Assembly (NCBI GenBank): GCA_963768615.1
Contig: CAVYIE010000004.1
Span: forward strand, 624,406 to 688,405
Source: Candidatus Eiseniibacteriota bacterium
GTDB taxonomy: Bacteria > Eisenbacteria > RBG-16-71-46 > JABDJR01
Direction of reading: 5' to 3'
DNA length: 64,000 bases
Under the pieces are notes generated by a model that saw only the letters and a list, made by a program, of their open reading frames with translations, made no database searches and was not told where the DNA came from. A program made the position numbers and the translations under genes. Positions 48,123-57,226 of the stretch are shown here, in pieces (the first letter of the stretch is position 1; every line of letters begins with the position of its first letter).

Positions 48123-48196
48123 ATGCACCAGAGGCGGATCCCGCCACGCGTGGATCCAGGTGAAGAGGGCTCCAGGGAACCAAGGGGGTTCGTCCC

Positions 48197-49627
48197 ATGG
48201 TCGTCGTGTCTTACTCGGGGAAAGAGATCAACGCCAAGCTGGTCTATTACGGTCCCGGACTCAGCGGGAAGACCACCAACCTCGAGTACATCTACCAGAG
48301 CGTGCCCAACAGCAACCGGGGCAAGATGGTCTCCATGAAGACCCGGACCGAGCGCACGCTCTTCTTCGACTTCCTGCCCGTGGACCTCGGGGAGATGGGC
48401 GGGTTCAAGACCCGGTTCCTTCTCTACACCGTGCCCGGCCAGGTCTATTACAACGCCACCCGGAAGCTGGTGCTCCGGGGGGTGGATGCGATCATCTTCG
48501 TGGCCGACTCCGCCCGGGGGAAGATGGACGAGAACCTCGAGTCCCTCCGGAACCTCCACGACAACCTCAAGGAGTACGGCCTTTCCCTCGACGAGATCCC
48601 CTTCGTGGTCCAGTACAACAAGCGGGACATCGAAGACGTGTACAGCGTCGAGGAACTGGAGCAGGCCCTGAACCCCACCGGGGCGCCCTACTACGAGGCG
48701 GTGGCCACCACCGGTCAGGGCGTATTCGAGACCTTCCGCGGCATCGCGCGGGTCCTGCTCCAGAAGCTCAGCAAGGAGATCAAGGTGGGCGAGGGACGCA
48801 GCCTGGAGGCGAAGTCGGCCGCGTTGGCGAGCCCGGCCGAGCCTGCGGCCCCGGGACGGAAGACGGAGGCGCCGGCCCCCGTTCCCCCCGCTCCGGCCCC
48901 CGTCGCCGAGACTCCTTCCTTTACCAAGCCGCCGCGGCCGGAGTTGGTCCGGGCCTCGGAGCCCGTTCCCGTGCCGGAGACCCAGGCGGGCCCGGTCCGG
49001 GGCGCGGAACCGGATCCGGAACCCCGGCCCGAGGCGGAAACCGAGCCCCTGGGGGCCGGGGACGGGGCCCAGGAAACCCCGGCCGAGACCCCCGCTCCGG
49101 CTCGCCGGTCCCCCTACGGACCGCCCCGCCGGCCCGCCTCGCCGCCCGCGCCGGAGCCCCGGGCTCCGGAGCCGGTCGCGGAGGAGCATGCGGAACCCGG
49201 GAAGCCCGCCCCGGCGCCGGAGGCGGTGGAGGCCCGGCCGGAACCGGCCCTCCCCAGCCCGCCCGAACCGGTGCGGGAGCCCGAGACCGTCACCGCGCAG
49301 CAAAGGACCGCCATGGCCGCACGCCCCCGACCCGACTCCGCCGCCGACCCCGAGGAGCGCCCCGGCTTCTGGGGCCGTCTCTTCGGCCGCGGGAACAAGG
49401 AAGAGCAGGGAGCCGGCGCCTCGCCGGCGACCCGGGAAGCCCGCCTGGCCCCGGTGGAGCTGCCCGCGGTGGGCGGCTCCGGGGACGCCTCCCCGGTGTT
49501 CATCGAGCGCCGGATCCAGGTCCCGATCACCCTCGGGCCCGAGGAGATGGTGCGGGGAGCGCGGCTCCGGCTGGTGCTGGAGATCCAGGTGGAGGCATCC
49601 GGCGAGTCCGGGAGCAAGGTGGCCTGA
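48197..49627 (+). CDS. mglA: MglA-family small GTPase with a long Pro/Glu/Ala-rich C-terminal extension
   Basis: EINAKLVYYGPGLSGKTTNL, RTLFFDFLP, LYTVPGQVYY and NKRD motifs; about 280-aa tail containing GFWGRLFGR. Confidence 0.9.
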   Translation: MVVVSYSGKEINAKLVYYGPGLSGKTTNLEYIYQSVPNSNRGKMVSMKTRTERTLFFDFLPVDLGEMGGFKTRFLLYTVPGQVYYNATRKLVLRGVDAIIFVADSARGKMDENLESLRNLHDNLKEYGLSLDEIPFVVQYNKRDIEDVYSVEELEQALNPTGAPYYEAVATTGQGVFETFRGIARVLLQKLSKEIKVGEGRSLEAKSAALASPAEPAAPGRKTEAPAPVPPAPAPVAETPSFTKPPRPELVRASEPVPVPETQAGPVRGAEPDPEPRPEAETEPLGAGDGAQETPAETPAPARRSPYGPPRRPASPPAPEPRAPEPVAEEHAEPGKPAPAPEAVEARPEPALPSPPEPVREPETVTAQQRTAMAARPRPDSAADPEERPGFWGRLFGRGNKEEQGAGASPATREARLAPVELPAVGGSGDASPVFIERRIQVPITLGPEEMVRGARLRLVLEIQVEASGESGSKVA

Positions 49628-49803
49628 CCGACCGCTTTCGGGACCGAAATCCCGGAGTTCGAGCCCGCCGACGGGGACCCAACCGGTCCCCGTCGGTGTA
49701 TAGAGGGACGGAACGGGGGCCGGCGCCGGTGTCCGGTTGACGGAGCCGGGACCCTCCACTACTCTTGATCCAGGTTCCGTCCAAGGCGTTCCGGAGGCCC
49801 GTC

Positions 49804-50316
49804 ATGCGCAAGTTCCAACCCCCCATCCTGGTCCTGATCGTATTCATCCTGGCCGCGGCCGGAGCGGGTCCGGTTTCGGCAGGGGTGCCCGCCTCCAATC
49901 CGCGGGCCATGGCCGGCATCTCCAGCGCCCCCTCGGTGGGGCTCCTGAACTCGGGCCTCCTGAACCTGTCCCGCTTCGACATCCACAACAGCCTGAGCTA
50001 TTCGGTGTCGTCCTCCTCCTTCGGCACCCGGTCGGCGGGACTCTGGCTCACCGAGATCGGCTACCGCGTCTCCGACCCGCTCCGGGTCTCCGTGGACGTG
50101 GGCGCCACCCTGAACCCGGCCTCGGACCAGCTCTTCAGCGAGAAGAACGTGTTCCTGCACCGGTTCGACCTCGACTACCGCCCCAGCGACAAGTTCCAGC
50201 TCAACCTCTCCTACGTGAACATGCCGCCCGACGCGGCCACCGCTCTCGGCTATCACAACTGGGGCTACTTCCCCGGCAGCCGTCCCTGGGGGTCGCCCCT
50301 GAGCGCGGGCCATTGA
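49804..50316 (+). CDS. Secreted, beta-strand-rich hypothetical protein
   Basis: Signal peptide; alternating-pattern beta strands (LSRFDIHNSLSYS...FDLDYRPSDKFQLNLSY). Confidence 0.7.
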   Translation: MRKFQPPILVLIVFILAAAGAGPVSAGVPASNPRAMAGISSAPSVGLLNSGLLNLSRFDIHNSLSYSVSSSSFGTRSAGLWLTEIGYRVSDPLRVSVDVGATLNPASDQLFSEKNVFLHRFDLDYRPSDKFQLNLSYVNMPPDAATALGYHNWGYFPGSRPWGSPLSAGH

Positions 50317-51464
50317 AGTTTCGTCCACCCGCCCCCCCTTCCCCCCCCAACGCCTCCTCCCCCTCGCACCGTGAGCTTCGCGGGCGGGCCGAGGACGCCG
50401 CCCGGCGCCTGAAGTCCGAGCCGGGGCGGCTGGACCTGGCCCTGGAGCTGGCCCAGACCCTGGAGCGGCTGGGGGAGCACCGCGACGCCCTCAGGGTGCT
50501 GGAGCGCATGAGCAAGCGCGGCGCGGCCACCCCGGAGCTGGTGCGGATGCGGGCGGAGTGCCTGCGGCAGGTGGGACGGGCCGAGGAGGGGGTGGGCGTC
50601 CTCGACGAGGCGGGGGAGATGCTGGCCGGGAGCGTGGCCGCCTGGATGACCCGGGCCCGCTGCCTGAGCGCGGCGGGGCGGATCGACGAGGCCATCGAGG
50701 CCGCCCAGGAGGCGGCCAAGCTGGATCCGCGGTCCGCCGACGCCCACTACGTCCAGGGCCTGGTCCTGGCCCGGGCGGACCGGGCCTTCGAGGCCGAGCA
50801 GGCCTACCACCGGGCGATCCGCCTGGATCCGGATCTGGCCAAGGCCCACATCAACCTGGGCATCCTCTACGACCGGCTCGGCCGCAAGGACGAGGCGGTG
50901 GGCGCGCTCCGCCGGGCCACGGTGTGCGATCCGGAGTGCGCGGCCGGGCACGCCAACCTGGGCGCCCTCTACGGCGAGCAGGGACGGCGGGAAGAGGCCT
51001 ACGCCGAGCTGAAGCGGGCGCTGGAGATCGATCCCCGCTCGGCCGAGGCCCACTTCAACCTGGCCATCCTCTACCTGGACGACGGACGGCTGGAGCAGGC
51101 GGACGAGGCCCTGGCCGAGGCCCGGCGCCTGGCTCCCACCGACGGCCGCATCCTCTACTACTCGGGGGTGCTGTCCCTCCGCCAGGGCCGGTACGGCGCC
51201 ACCGTTTCCCTCTTCCGCGAGTACACCCGCCTTCTCCCCGAGGACGCCCGTGGCCACTATCATCTCGGGGTGGGGCAGCTCCGCCTCGGCAAGTCGGACG
51301 ACGCGATCCGGAGCCTGCAGCAGGCGGTCAAGATCGACCCCGCCCACCAGCGCGCCCACTACTACCTGGGGGTGGCCTTCGACCAGAAGGGCATGAAGCA
51401 CGAGGCGCGCCTGGCCTACCACTCCGCCGACCGTCTGGACCGGGGCGGTCCCCCGCTCGGATAG
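50313..51464 (+). CDS. TPR-repeat protein
   Basis: TTG overlapping the upstream TGA; repeated A..NLG...DP..A.AH.NL units. Confidence 0.85.
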   Translation: MKFRPPAPPSPPNASSPSHRELRGRAEDAARRLKSEPGRLDLALELAQTLERLGEHRDALRVLERMSKRGAATPELVRMRAECLRQVGRAEEGVGVLDEAGEMLAGSVAAWMTRARCLSAAGRIDEAIEAAQEAAKLDPRSADAHYVQGLVLARADRAFEAEQAYHRAIRLDPDLAKAHINLGILYDRLGRKDEAVGALRRATVCDPECAAGHANLGALYGEQGRREEAYAELKRALEIDPRSAEAHFNLAILYLDDGRLEQADEALAEARRLAPTDGRILYYSGVLSLRQGRYGATVSLFREYTRLLPEDARGHYHLGVGQLRLGKSDDAIRSLQQAVKIDPAHQRAHYYLGVAFDQKGMKHEARLAYHSADRLDRGGPPLG

Positions 51465-51467
51465 CCG

Positions 51468-52265
51468 GTGTCCTTCCTCGACGCCGTGCTCCTGGGACTG
51501 GTCCAGGGGCTCACCGAATTCCTGCCCGTGTCCTCCTCCGGGCACCTGGTGCTGGCCGGGCGCCTGCTGAACCTGACCATGAACGGGGTGGCCTTCGAGA
51601 TCTGGCTGCACCTGGCCACCCTGGTCGCGGTGCTGGTGGCCCTGCGCTCGGACGTCTGGACCATGTTCCGGAGCCTGTCCCCGCGGGCCCCGGCGCCCAC
51701 CGCCCGGCGGGGCCGCACCCTGATCGCGGCCATGGTGATCGGCACCCTCCCCGCGGTGGTGATCGGACTGACCGCCAAGGACGCGGTGGAGGCGGCCTTC
51801 ACCAGCGTCCGGCTGGTGGGGGTGGACCTCCTCTTGACCGCGTTCATCCTCGCCCTCTCCCGCCTCTTCCCGGGGCGGGGCATGCCCCTCACCCCGCTCA
51901 AGGGACTGGGGATCGGGATCGCCCAGTGCATCGCCATCCTCCCCGGGGTGAGCCGCTCCGGGTCCACCCTCACCGCCGGGCTCATGTTCGGGCTCTCCGG
52001 CGAGGAGGCGGCCCGGTTCTCATTCCTCCTCTCGGTGCCGGCGATCCTGGGCGCGGTGGTGCTGGACGCCGGCGAGCTGGCCGCTCTCGGGCGCACCGAA
52101 CCCCTGCTCCTGGCCGCCAGCTTCCTGGTCGCCTCGGTGAGCGGGTACGTGGCCATCCGAATGGTCTGGCGGGTGATGGAACGGGGGAAGCTCATCGCCT
52201 TCGCGCCCTACTGCCTGCTCGTCGGCCTGGCCGCGCTCCTCATCGGCGGCAGCGTTCCGCGCTAG
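51468..52265 (+). CDS. uppP: Undecaprenyl-diphosphate phosphatase
   Basis: GLVQGLTEFLPVSSSGHL and PGVSRSGST motifs. Confidence 0.96.
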   Translation: MSFLDAVLLGLVQGLTEFLPVSSSGHLVLAGRLLNLTMNGVAFEIWLHLATLVAVLVALRSDVWTMFRSLSPRAPAPTARRGRTLIAAMVIGTLPAVVIGLTAKDAVEAAFTSVRLVGVDLLLTAFILALSRLFPGRGMPLTPLKGLGIGIAQCIAILPGVSRSGSTLTAGLMFGLSGEEAARFSFLLSVPAILGAVVLDAGELAALGRTEPLLLAASFLVASVSGYVAIRMVWRVMERGKLIAFAPYCLLVGLAALLIGGSVPR

Positions 52266-52352
52266 CCCTCGCGCCCGTTCCGGTCCGCGGCTTCCCGGCA
52301 GCGCTCGCGGGGCGGGGTCGCCCACTGCCGCCGGGCGGTCTATACTCCGCGG

Positions 52353-53795
52353 ATGCCGTGCCCCCGCGACTCATCCCGCCCCCGCGCCGTGCGGGTCGCG
52401 GGCCTCTTCGCCGCCCTGCCTGCCCTGGCCCTCCTGCTGTTCCTGGCCTCGCCGGGCCTCGCCGCGCCCTATTCCCCGGCCCAGGGGCTGGCGTCCTTCG
52501 ACCAGGTGGACCGGGTCATCGCCGAGCACTACTACGATCCCACCTTCGGCGGAGTGGACTGGGATGCCTGGTGCGCCGAGCTTCGCCCGCGGGCGGCGGC
52601 GGCCGGGGACATCCAGCACCTGCGGGGGGTGCTCTGGGATCTTCTTCTCCGGCTGCCCAGCTCCCACGTGGGCCTCCTTCCCGCCGCCGCGGACACCTCG
52701 CTGCTCCCTCTGCCGCCGGGAGCGGAGGCGGACCGGCGCCTGGCCTGGACCCTGCTCGCCGCGGTGCCACGGTACCTGGGCCGCGCCGACCCCGGCATCG
52801 ACGCCCGGATCCTGGACGGGGAGGCGGTGGTCTGGCGGATCCGGCCGGGAAGCCCGGCCGACCGCGCCGGCGTCCGGCCGGGTTGGATCGTGCGAGCGGT
52901 GGCCGGGCGTCCGCTGGAGGCTTCCTACCGGACGGTGCTGGACGAGCTGGGGACCCAGATCGGCAAGGAATCCCTGAGGAAGGTGGAAAGGCGGCTCCGC
53001 CTGGTCCTCCTCCGGGAGAAGCTGAGCGGGCGGGCGGAGAGCCGGGTGCCGGTGACCTTCGAGGACGGCGGTGGAGAGCGGCGCGCGATGGTCCTGACCC
53101 GGGAGGATCCCCCGGGGGCGGCGGTGAAGATCGGCGGCCTTCCCGCCCTCCACCCGGAGGTGGAGGCGCGCCGGATTCCGGTCGCCGGGGGCACGGTGGG
53201 CCTGCTCACCGTGAACGTGTGGGTCCCCTCGGTGCTGGAGCCGGTGCGGGCGGCCATGGACACCCTGCGCGACGCCGCCGGGCTGGTGCTGGACCTGCGG
53301 GGCAACCCGGGCGGCGACCATCGCCTGGCCGGACTCATGGCCGGCTACTTCCTCGACCGCGACGCCGACCTCGGCACCTTCCGCTCCCGGGAGGCCTCCT
53401 TCGCGGTGAAGGCGGTGCCGGGCTGGGTGGGAGGGGGCGAAGGGGCGTTCGTGCCCTTCGAGGGGCCGGTGGCCATCCTCACCGACGGGCTCACCGCCAG
53501 CACCTCGGAGATCCTCACCGCGGGGCTCAAGGACCTGGACCGGGCCCGCCAGTTCGGGGAGCCGACGGCGGGGGCCCTGCTGCTGGCCACGGTGGAGAGC
53601 CTGCCCGACGGCGACGGCCTCCTCTATCCCACCCACGCCTACCGCCGCCCCGACGGCGAGGCGGTGGAGGGGAAGCCCCTGAAGCCGGACGACGAGGAGA
53701 AGCTCCGGCGCAAGGACCTCCTGGAAGGGCGCGACCGGGCCCTGGAGGCGGCGGTGAAGTGGATCGTGGCCGAGCGCCGCTCGGACCGCCGCTGA
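52353..53795 (+). CDS. S41 family C-terminal processing peptidase with PDZ domain
   Basis: Signal peptide; GSPADRAG, LDLRGNPGG, TASTSE and GEPTAG motifs. Confidence 0.88.
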   Translation: MPCPRDSSRPRAVRVAGLFAALPALALLLFLASPGLAAPYSPAQGLASFDQVDRVIAEHYYDPTFGGVDWDAWCAELRPRAAAAGDIQHLRGVLWDLLLRLPSSHVGLLPAAADTSLLPLPPGAEADRRLAWTLLAAVPRYLGRADPGIDARILDGEAVVWRIRPGSPADRAGVRPGWIVRAVAGRPLEASYRTVLDELGTQIGKESLRKVERRLRLVLLREKLSGRAESRVPVTFEDGGGERRAMVLTREDPPGAAVKIGGLPALHPEVEARRIPVAGGTVGLLTVNVWVPSVLEPVRAAMDTLRDAAGLVLDLRGNPGGDHRLAGLMAGYFLDRDADLGTFRSREASFAVKAVPGWVGGGEGAFVPFEGPVAILTDGLTASTSEILTAGLKDLDRARQFGEPTAGALLLATVESLPDGDGLLYPTHAYRRPDGEAVEGKPLKPDDEEKLRRKDLLEGRDRALEAAVKWIVAERRSDRR

Positions 53796-53815
53796 ACCGG
53801 CCGGGAGGAACCCCC

Positions 53816-54694
53816 TTGAACGTCCTCATCCTCGGCTGCGGCTACCTGGGACGCCGCCTGGGCCGCCGGCTGGCCGGAAGCGGGGCCTCGGTGACCGGGA
53901 CCACGCGATCCGGAGCCTCCGACGCCGCCCTCCGGGCCGCGGGCATCCGGCCCGAACGCTGGGACGCGGCCGCGCCCGGCGCCGGGGAGCGCCTTCGCCG
54001 CCTTTCCGCCGAGGCGGGGTGGGTGGTCTGCGCCGCCGCCCCCTCGGGCGGCGCGGGCTACGAGGACGTCTATGTTCGCGCGGCCGAGGCCATGGCCACC
54101 GCCCTCGACCCGGACCGGACGCGGAGCGCGCTCTTCGTCTCCAGCACCTCGGTGTACGGGGTGAGCGACGGCTCCTGGGTGGACGAGAGCACCCCGGCGC
54201 GGCCCTCCCGCCCCGCCGGCCGGATCCTCCTGCGCGCCGAGGAGGCCGTCCGGGCCGGGGAAGGGCGGGGACTCCGGGTGTCGGTGGTGCGGGCGGCGGG
54301 GATCTACGGTCCGGGACGGACCCCGGCCGCCCGCCTGGCCCCGGGCGCCCAGCCCGGGGGGACGGGCCAGGAGTGGCTGAACCTGGTCCACGTGGACGAC
54401 CTGGCCGGGATCCTGGTCCGGACCGCGGAGCGCGGGCCGGCGACGGTCCTGGCCTCCGACGGGACCCCCGTCCGCCGCCGGGACTACTACGCCGAGGCGG
54501 CCCGGCTCTACGGGCTACCCGCGCCCCGCTTCGGCGGCGGCGACGCCGGGCCCCACGTGCAGGGGGCGGGGAAGCGGCTGCGGAGCGCGGTGCTGGGCCC
54601 CGACCTGGAATACCGGTTCATCCACCCCGACTACCGGGCCGGCCTGGCCGCCTCCCGGCGCGAGGAGGCCGGCCCCGGAGAACCTTCGCCATGA
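53816..54694 (+). CDS. SDR/NAD-dependent epimerase (YeeZ-like)
   Basis: TTG after GGAGGA; ILGCGYLG, SSTSVYG, AGIYGPGR and NLVHVDDL motifs. Confidence 0.88.
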   Translation: MNVLILGCGYLGRRLGRRLAGSGASVTGTTRSGASDAALRAAGIRPERWDAAAPGAGERLRRLSAEAGWVVCAAAPSGGAGYEDVYVRAAEAMATALDPDRTRSALFVSSTSVYGVSDGSWVDESTPARPSRPAGRILLRAEEAVRAGEGRGLRVSVVRAAGIYGPGRTPAARLAPGAQPGGTGQEWLNLVHVDDLAGILVRTAERGPATVLASDGTPVRRRDYYAEAARLYGLPAPRFGGGDAGPHVQGAGKRLRSAVLGPDLEYRFIHPDYRAGLAASRREEAGPGEPSP

Positions 54695-56124
54695 CCGCCT
54701 TTCCGGACGAGCCCAACTCCTTCCCCATGGACCCCGAGACCATGCGCCGCATCGGGTACGCGGCGGTGGACCGGGCGGTGGATCACCTGAGCCGCCTGGA
54801 GGAGCAGCCGGCCTGGACCATGCTCACCCGGAGCGAGGCCGAGGCGCGAATCCGGGAACCGGTCCCGGAGGCCGGGCGCCCCCTGGAAGCACTGATGGAG
54901 CGGGCGGAGCGGGACGTGCTGGCCCACGGGGTCCGGCTGGGACACCCGCGGTTCCTGGCCTTCGTACCCTCGGCGGCGACCTTTCCCGGCGTGGTGGCCG
55001 AGATCCTGGCCGCGGCCCACAACCCCTTTGTCGGCACCTGGGTCGGAGGCTCCGGCCCGACCATGGTCGAGCTCACGGTGCTGGACTGGATCCGGGAGAT
55101 GACCGGGCTTCCCGAGGGGGCGGGAGGGCTCCTCACCAGCGGCGGCTCCGCGGCCAACCTGATGGCCCTGGTCGCCGCCCGGCACGCCCGCCTCGAGGAC
55201 CGCACCGCGGGGGCGGTGATCTACGCCTCGGACCGGACGCACACCGCGATCACCCGGGCGGCGTGGATCGCCGGGTTCGCCCCGGACGCGGTCCGGCTCC
55301 TCCCCGCGGACTCCGGGGACCGGCTGGATCCGGGCCGGGTGGCCGAGGCGGTGGGCGCCGACCGGGCCGCCGGGCGCCGGCCCTTCCTGGTCGTGGCCAA
55401 CGCCGGGACCACCAGCACCGGGGCGGTGGATCCGATGGGGGACCTGGCCGCGCTCTGCCGCCGGGAGGACCTGTGGTTCCACGTGGACGCGGCCTACGGC
55501 GGATTCGCGGCGGTGACCGACCGGGGGCGGAAGCTCCTGGCCGGGATGGAGGAGGCGGACTCCTGGGTCTTCGATCCCCACAAGTGGCTCTACCAGGGCC
55601 TGGAGTGCGGGTCGGTGCTGCTGCGGCGGCCGGAGGAACTCGCCCGGGCCTTCGATCTCCACGCCGACTACCTCCAGGACGTGAAGCTGGACGAGGAGCG
55701 GCCGAATCTGGCCGACCGCGGGCTCCAGCTCTCGCGGTCCTTCCGCGCCCTGAAGGTGTGGCTCACCGTGGGGCACTTCGGGCTGGCCGCGATCCGGCGG
55801 GAGGTCGACCGCACCCTGGACCTGGCCCGGTTCCTGGAGGCCCGGGTGCGGGAGGATCCCGCCTTCGAGCTGCTCAGTCCGGCCCGGCTGGGTGTGGTCT
55901 GCTTCCGCCTGGCCCCCGCCGCCGGCGAGGACGACGCCGCGGTCGAGGCGCGGAACCGGGCCGCCCTGGAGGCATTGAACGCCGGGGGCTACGCCTTCCT
56001 CTCCTCCACCCGGGCCGGGGGGCGCTTCGCGCTCCGGGTGTGCATCCTCTCCTACCGGACCCGGGAGGAGGATCTGGCCGGGGTCCTGGACCGGCTCCGT
56101 GCCGGCGGGGGGTCCCCGGGCTGA
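54691..56124 (+). CDS. Group II PLP-dependent amino-acid decarboxylase
   Basis: TSGGSAAN, GTTSTGAVDP, HVDAAYGG and DPHKWL motifs. Confidence 0.92.
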   Translation: MTAFPDEPNSFPMDPETMRRIGYAAVDRAVDHLSRLEEQPAWTMLTRSEAEARIREPVPEAGRPLEALMERAERDVLAHGVRLGHPRFLAFVPSAATFPGVVAEILAAAHNPFVGTWVGGSGPTMVELTVLDWIREMTGLPEGAGGLLTSGGSAANLMALVAARHARLEDRTAGAVIYASDRTHTAITRAAWIAGFAPDAVRLLPADSGDRLDPGRVAEAVGADRAAGRRPFLVVANAGTTSTGAVDPMGDLAALCRREDLWFHVDAAYGGFAAVTDRGRKLLAGMEEADSWVFDPHKWLYQGLECGSVLLRRPEELARAFDLHADYLQDVKLDEERPNLADRGLQLSRSFRALKVWLTVGHFGLAAIRREVDRTLDLARFLEARVREDPAFELLSPARLGVVCFRLAPAAGEDDAAVEARNRAALEALNAGGYAFLSSTRAGGRFALRVCILSYRTREEDLAGVLDRLRAGGGSPG

Positions 56125-56146
56125 TCCCGGGCCCCCCGTTCTTGGC

Positions 56147-56175
56147 TTGAAGCTCGGACCGGAACGGGTTACAAC
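56147..56175 (+). promoter_or_regulatory. sigma70-type promoter
   Basis: TTGAAG-N17-TACAAC upstream of the lipoprotein gene at 56252. Confidence 0.55.
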
Positions 56176-56251
56176 CGGGGCGGGCGGGTCCTTCGGAACC
56201 CCAACCCGGGGCTTCCCGCCGGACCGCACGGCCATGCGAAGGAGGCAGGTC

Positions 56252-56590
56252 ATGAAGGGTTCAGTGGGCCTGGTGCTGGTGCTCGCCGCCGCCGGACTCT
56301 GGATCGGTTGCGGAGGGGGGACCCCCGCCGACCGGGCCGGGGACGACGCCGCCGGATCCGCGGGCTCGGCCCCGGTGGAGGCGGACGGAATGGTGGTTCG
56401 GGTGGACCTCGAGGGGGGGTTCTTCGGCATCGTCGCCGACGACGGCACCCGGTACGACCCGGTCAAGCTCTCTCCCGAGTTCGAGGTGGACAGCCTCCGG
56501 GTCCACTTCGCCGGCACCACCCTGGACAGCCTCATGACCAGCCACATGTGGGGCACGCCGGTCCGGATCGACACCATCGCCCGCCGGTGA
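56252..56590 (+). CDS. Lipoprotein with small beta-barrel domain
   Basis: LWIGC lipobox; LEGGFFGI..DDG..Y.P and MWG motifs; GGAGG RBS. Confidence 0.75.
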   Translation: MKGSVGLVLVLAAAGLWIGCGGGTPADRAGDDAAGSAGSAPVEADGMVVRVDLEGGFFGIVADDGTRYDPVKLSPEFEVDSLRVHFAGTTLDSLMTSHMWGTPVRIDTIARR

Positions 56591-56702
56591 CCGCTCCCGG
56601 GACGGGTCCGGGGAGGAGGGGGCCCCGCTTTCGGAGCGGGAGCGGGTCGGGTACAATGCGGTCCTTCGCGCTTTGAACCCGGCTTGGGAGGGGGAACAAT
56701 CA

Positions 56703-57128
56703 GTGACGAGCAAGACTTGGCTGAGATGGGCCGCGGCCGCGGGGGCGGCGGTGCTGATCACCGCCTGCGGGGGGCCCCTGAAGGGACTTCCCCGGCAGGC
56801 CGAGTGGAACGTCCACGGCACGGTGAAGGGGCAGGACGGCAAGGCCCTGAGCTATGCCAGCGTGGCCCTCTCCGGGAGCCCCCGGGGGGACGTGACCGAT
56901 GATCAGGGGCGGTTCGACCTCAGCGCGATCCGGCGGGGGACCTACGGCCTGACCGTGATCTATCTGGGTTTCCGCTCCGACGAGGTCCGCTTCACCCTCC
57001 CCGGCGCCGACGACAGCACCGCCACCCTGGAGATGGTCCGCGATCCCGAGCTGGGCCCCGCCCTGGCCGACAGCCTGGATCCGGTGACGGTGACCTACGG
57101 GTTCACCCTGGCCCAGGAAACGCCCTGA
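56703..57128 (+). CDS. Lipoprotein with carboxypeptidase-regulatory-like domain
   Basis: LITAC lipobox; GTVKG..GKALSYASV, TDDQGRF and GTYGLTVIYLGF motifs. Confidence 0.78.
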   Translation: MTSKTWLRWAAAAGAAVLITACGGPLKGLPRQAEWNVHGTVKGQDGKALSYASVALSGSPRGDVTDDQGRFDLSAIRRGTYGLTVIYLGFRSDEVRFTLPGADDSTATLEMVRDPELGPALADSLDPVTVTYGFTLAQETP

Positions 57129-57226
57129 CCGCGGCGGGCCGGCCGCCGGACGCCGGATGGGGACCGTCCCCGTCCGCCGGTACCGGACCCACCGCCCTCC
57201 CGCGCGGGTGAGCGCGACGGAGCCCG

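Noticed and set aside
50558-53815. 1378-aa ORF 50558-54694 as a giant fusion
   Set aside because: Only the part from TTG 53816 (own RBS, Rossmann motif) is protein-like; the rest overlaps the TPR, uppP and S41 genes in other frames
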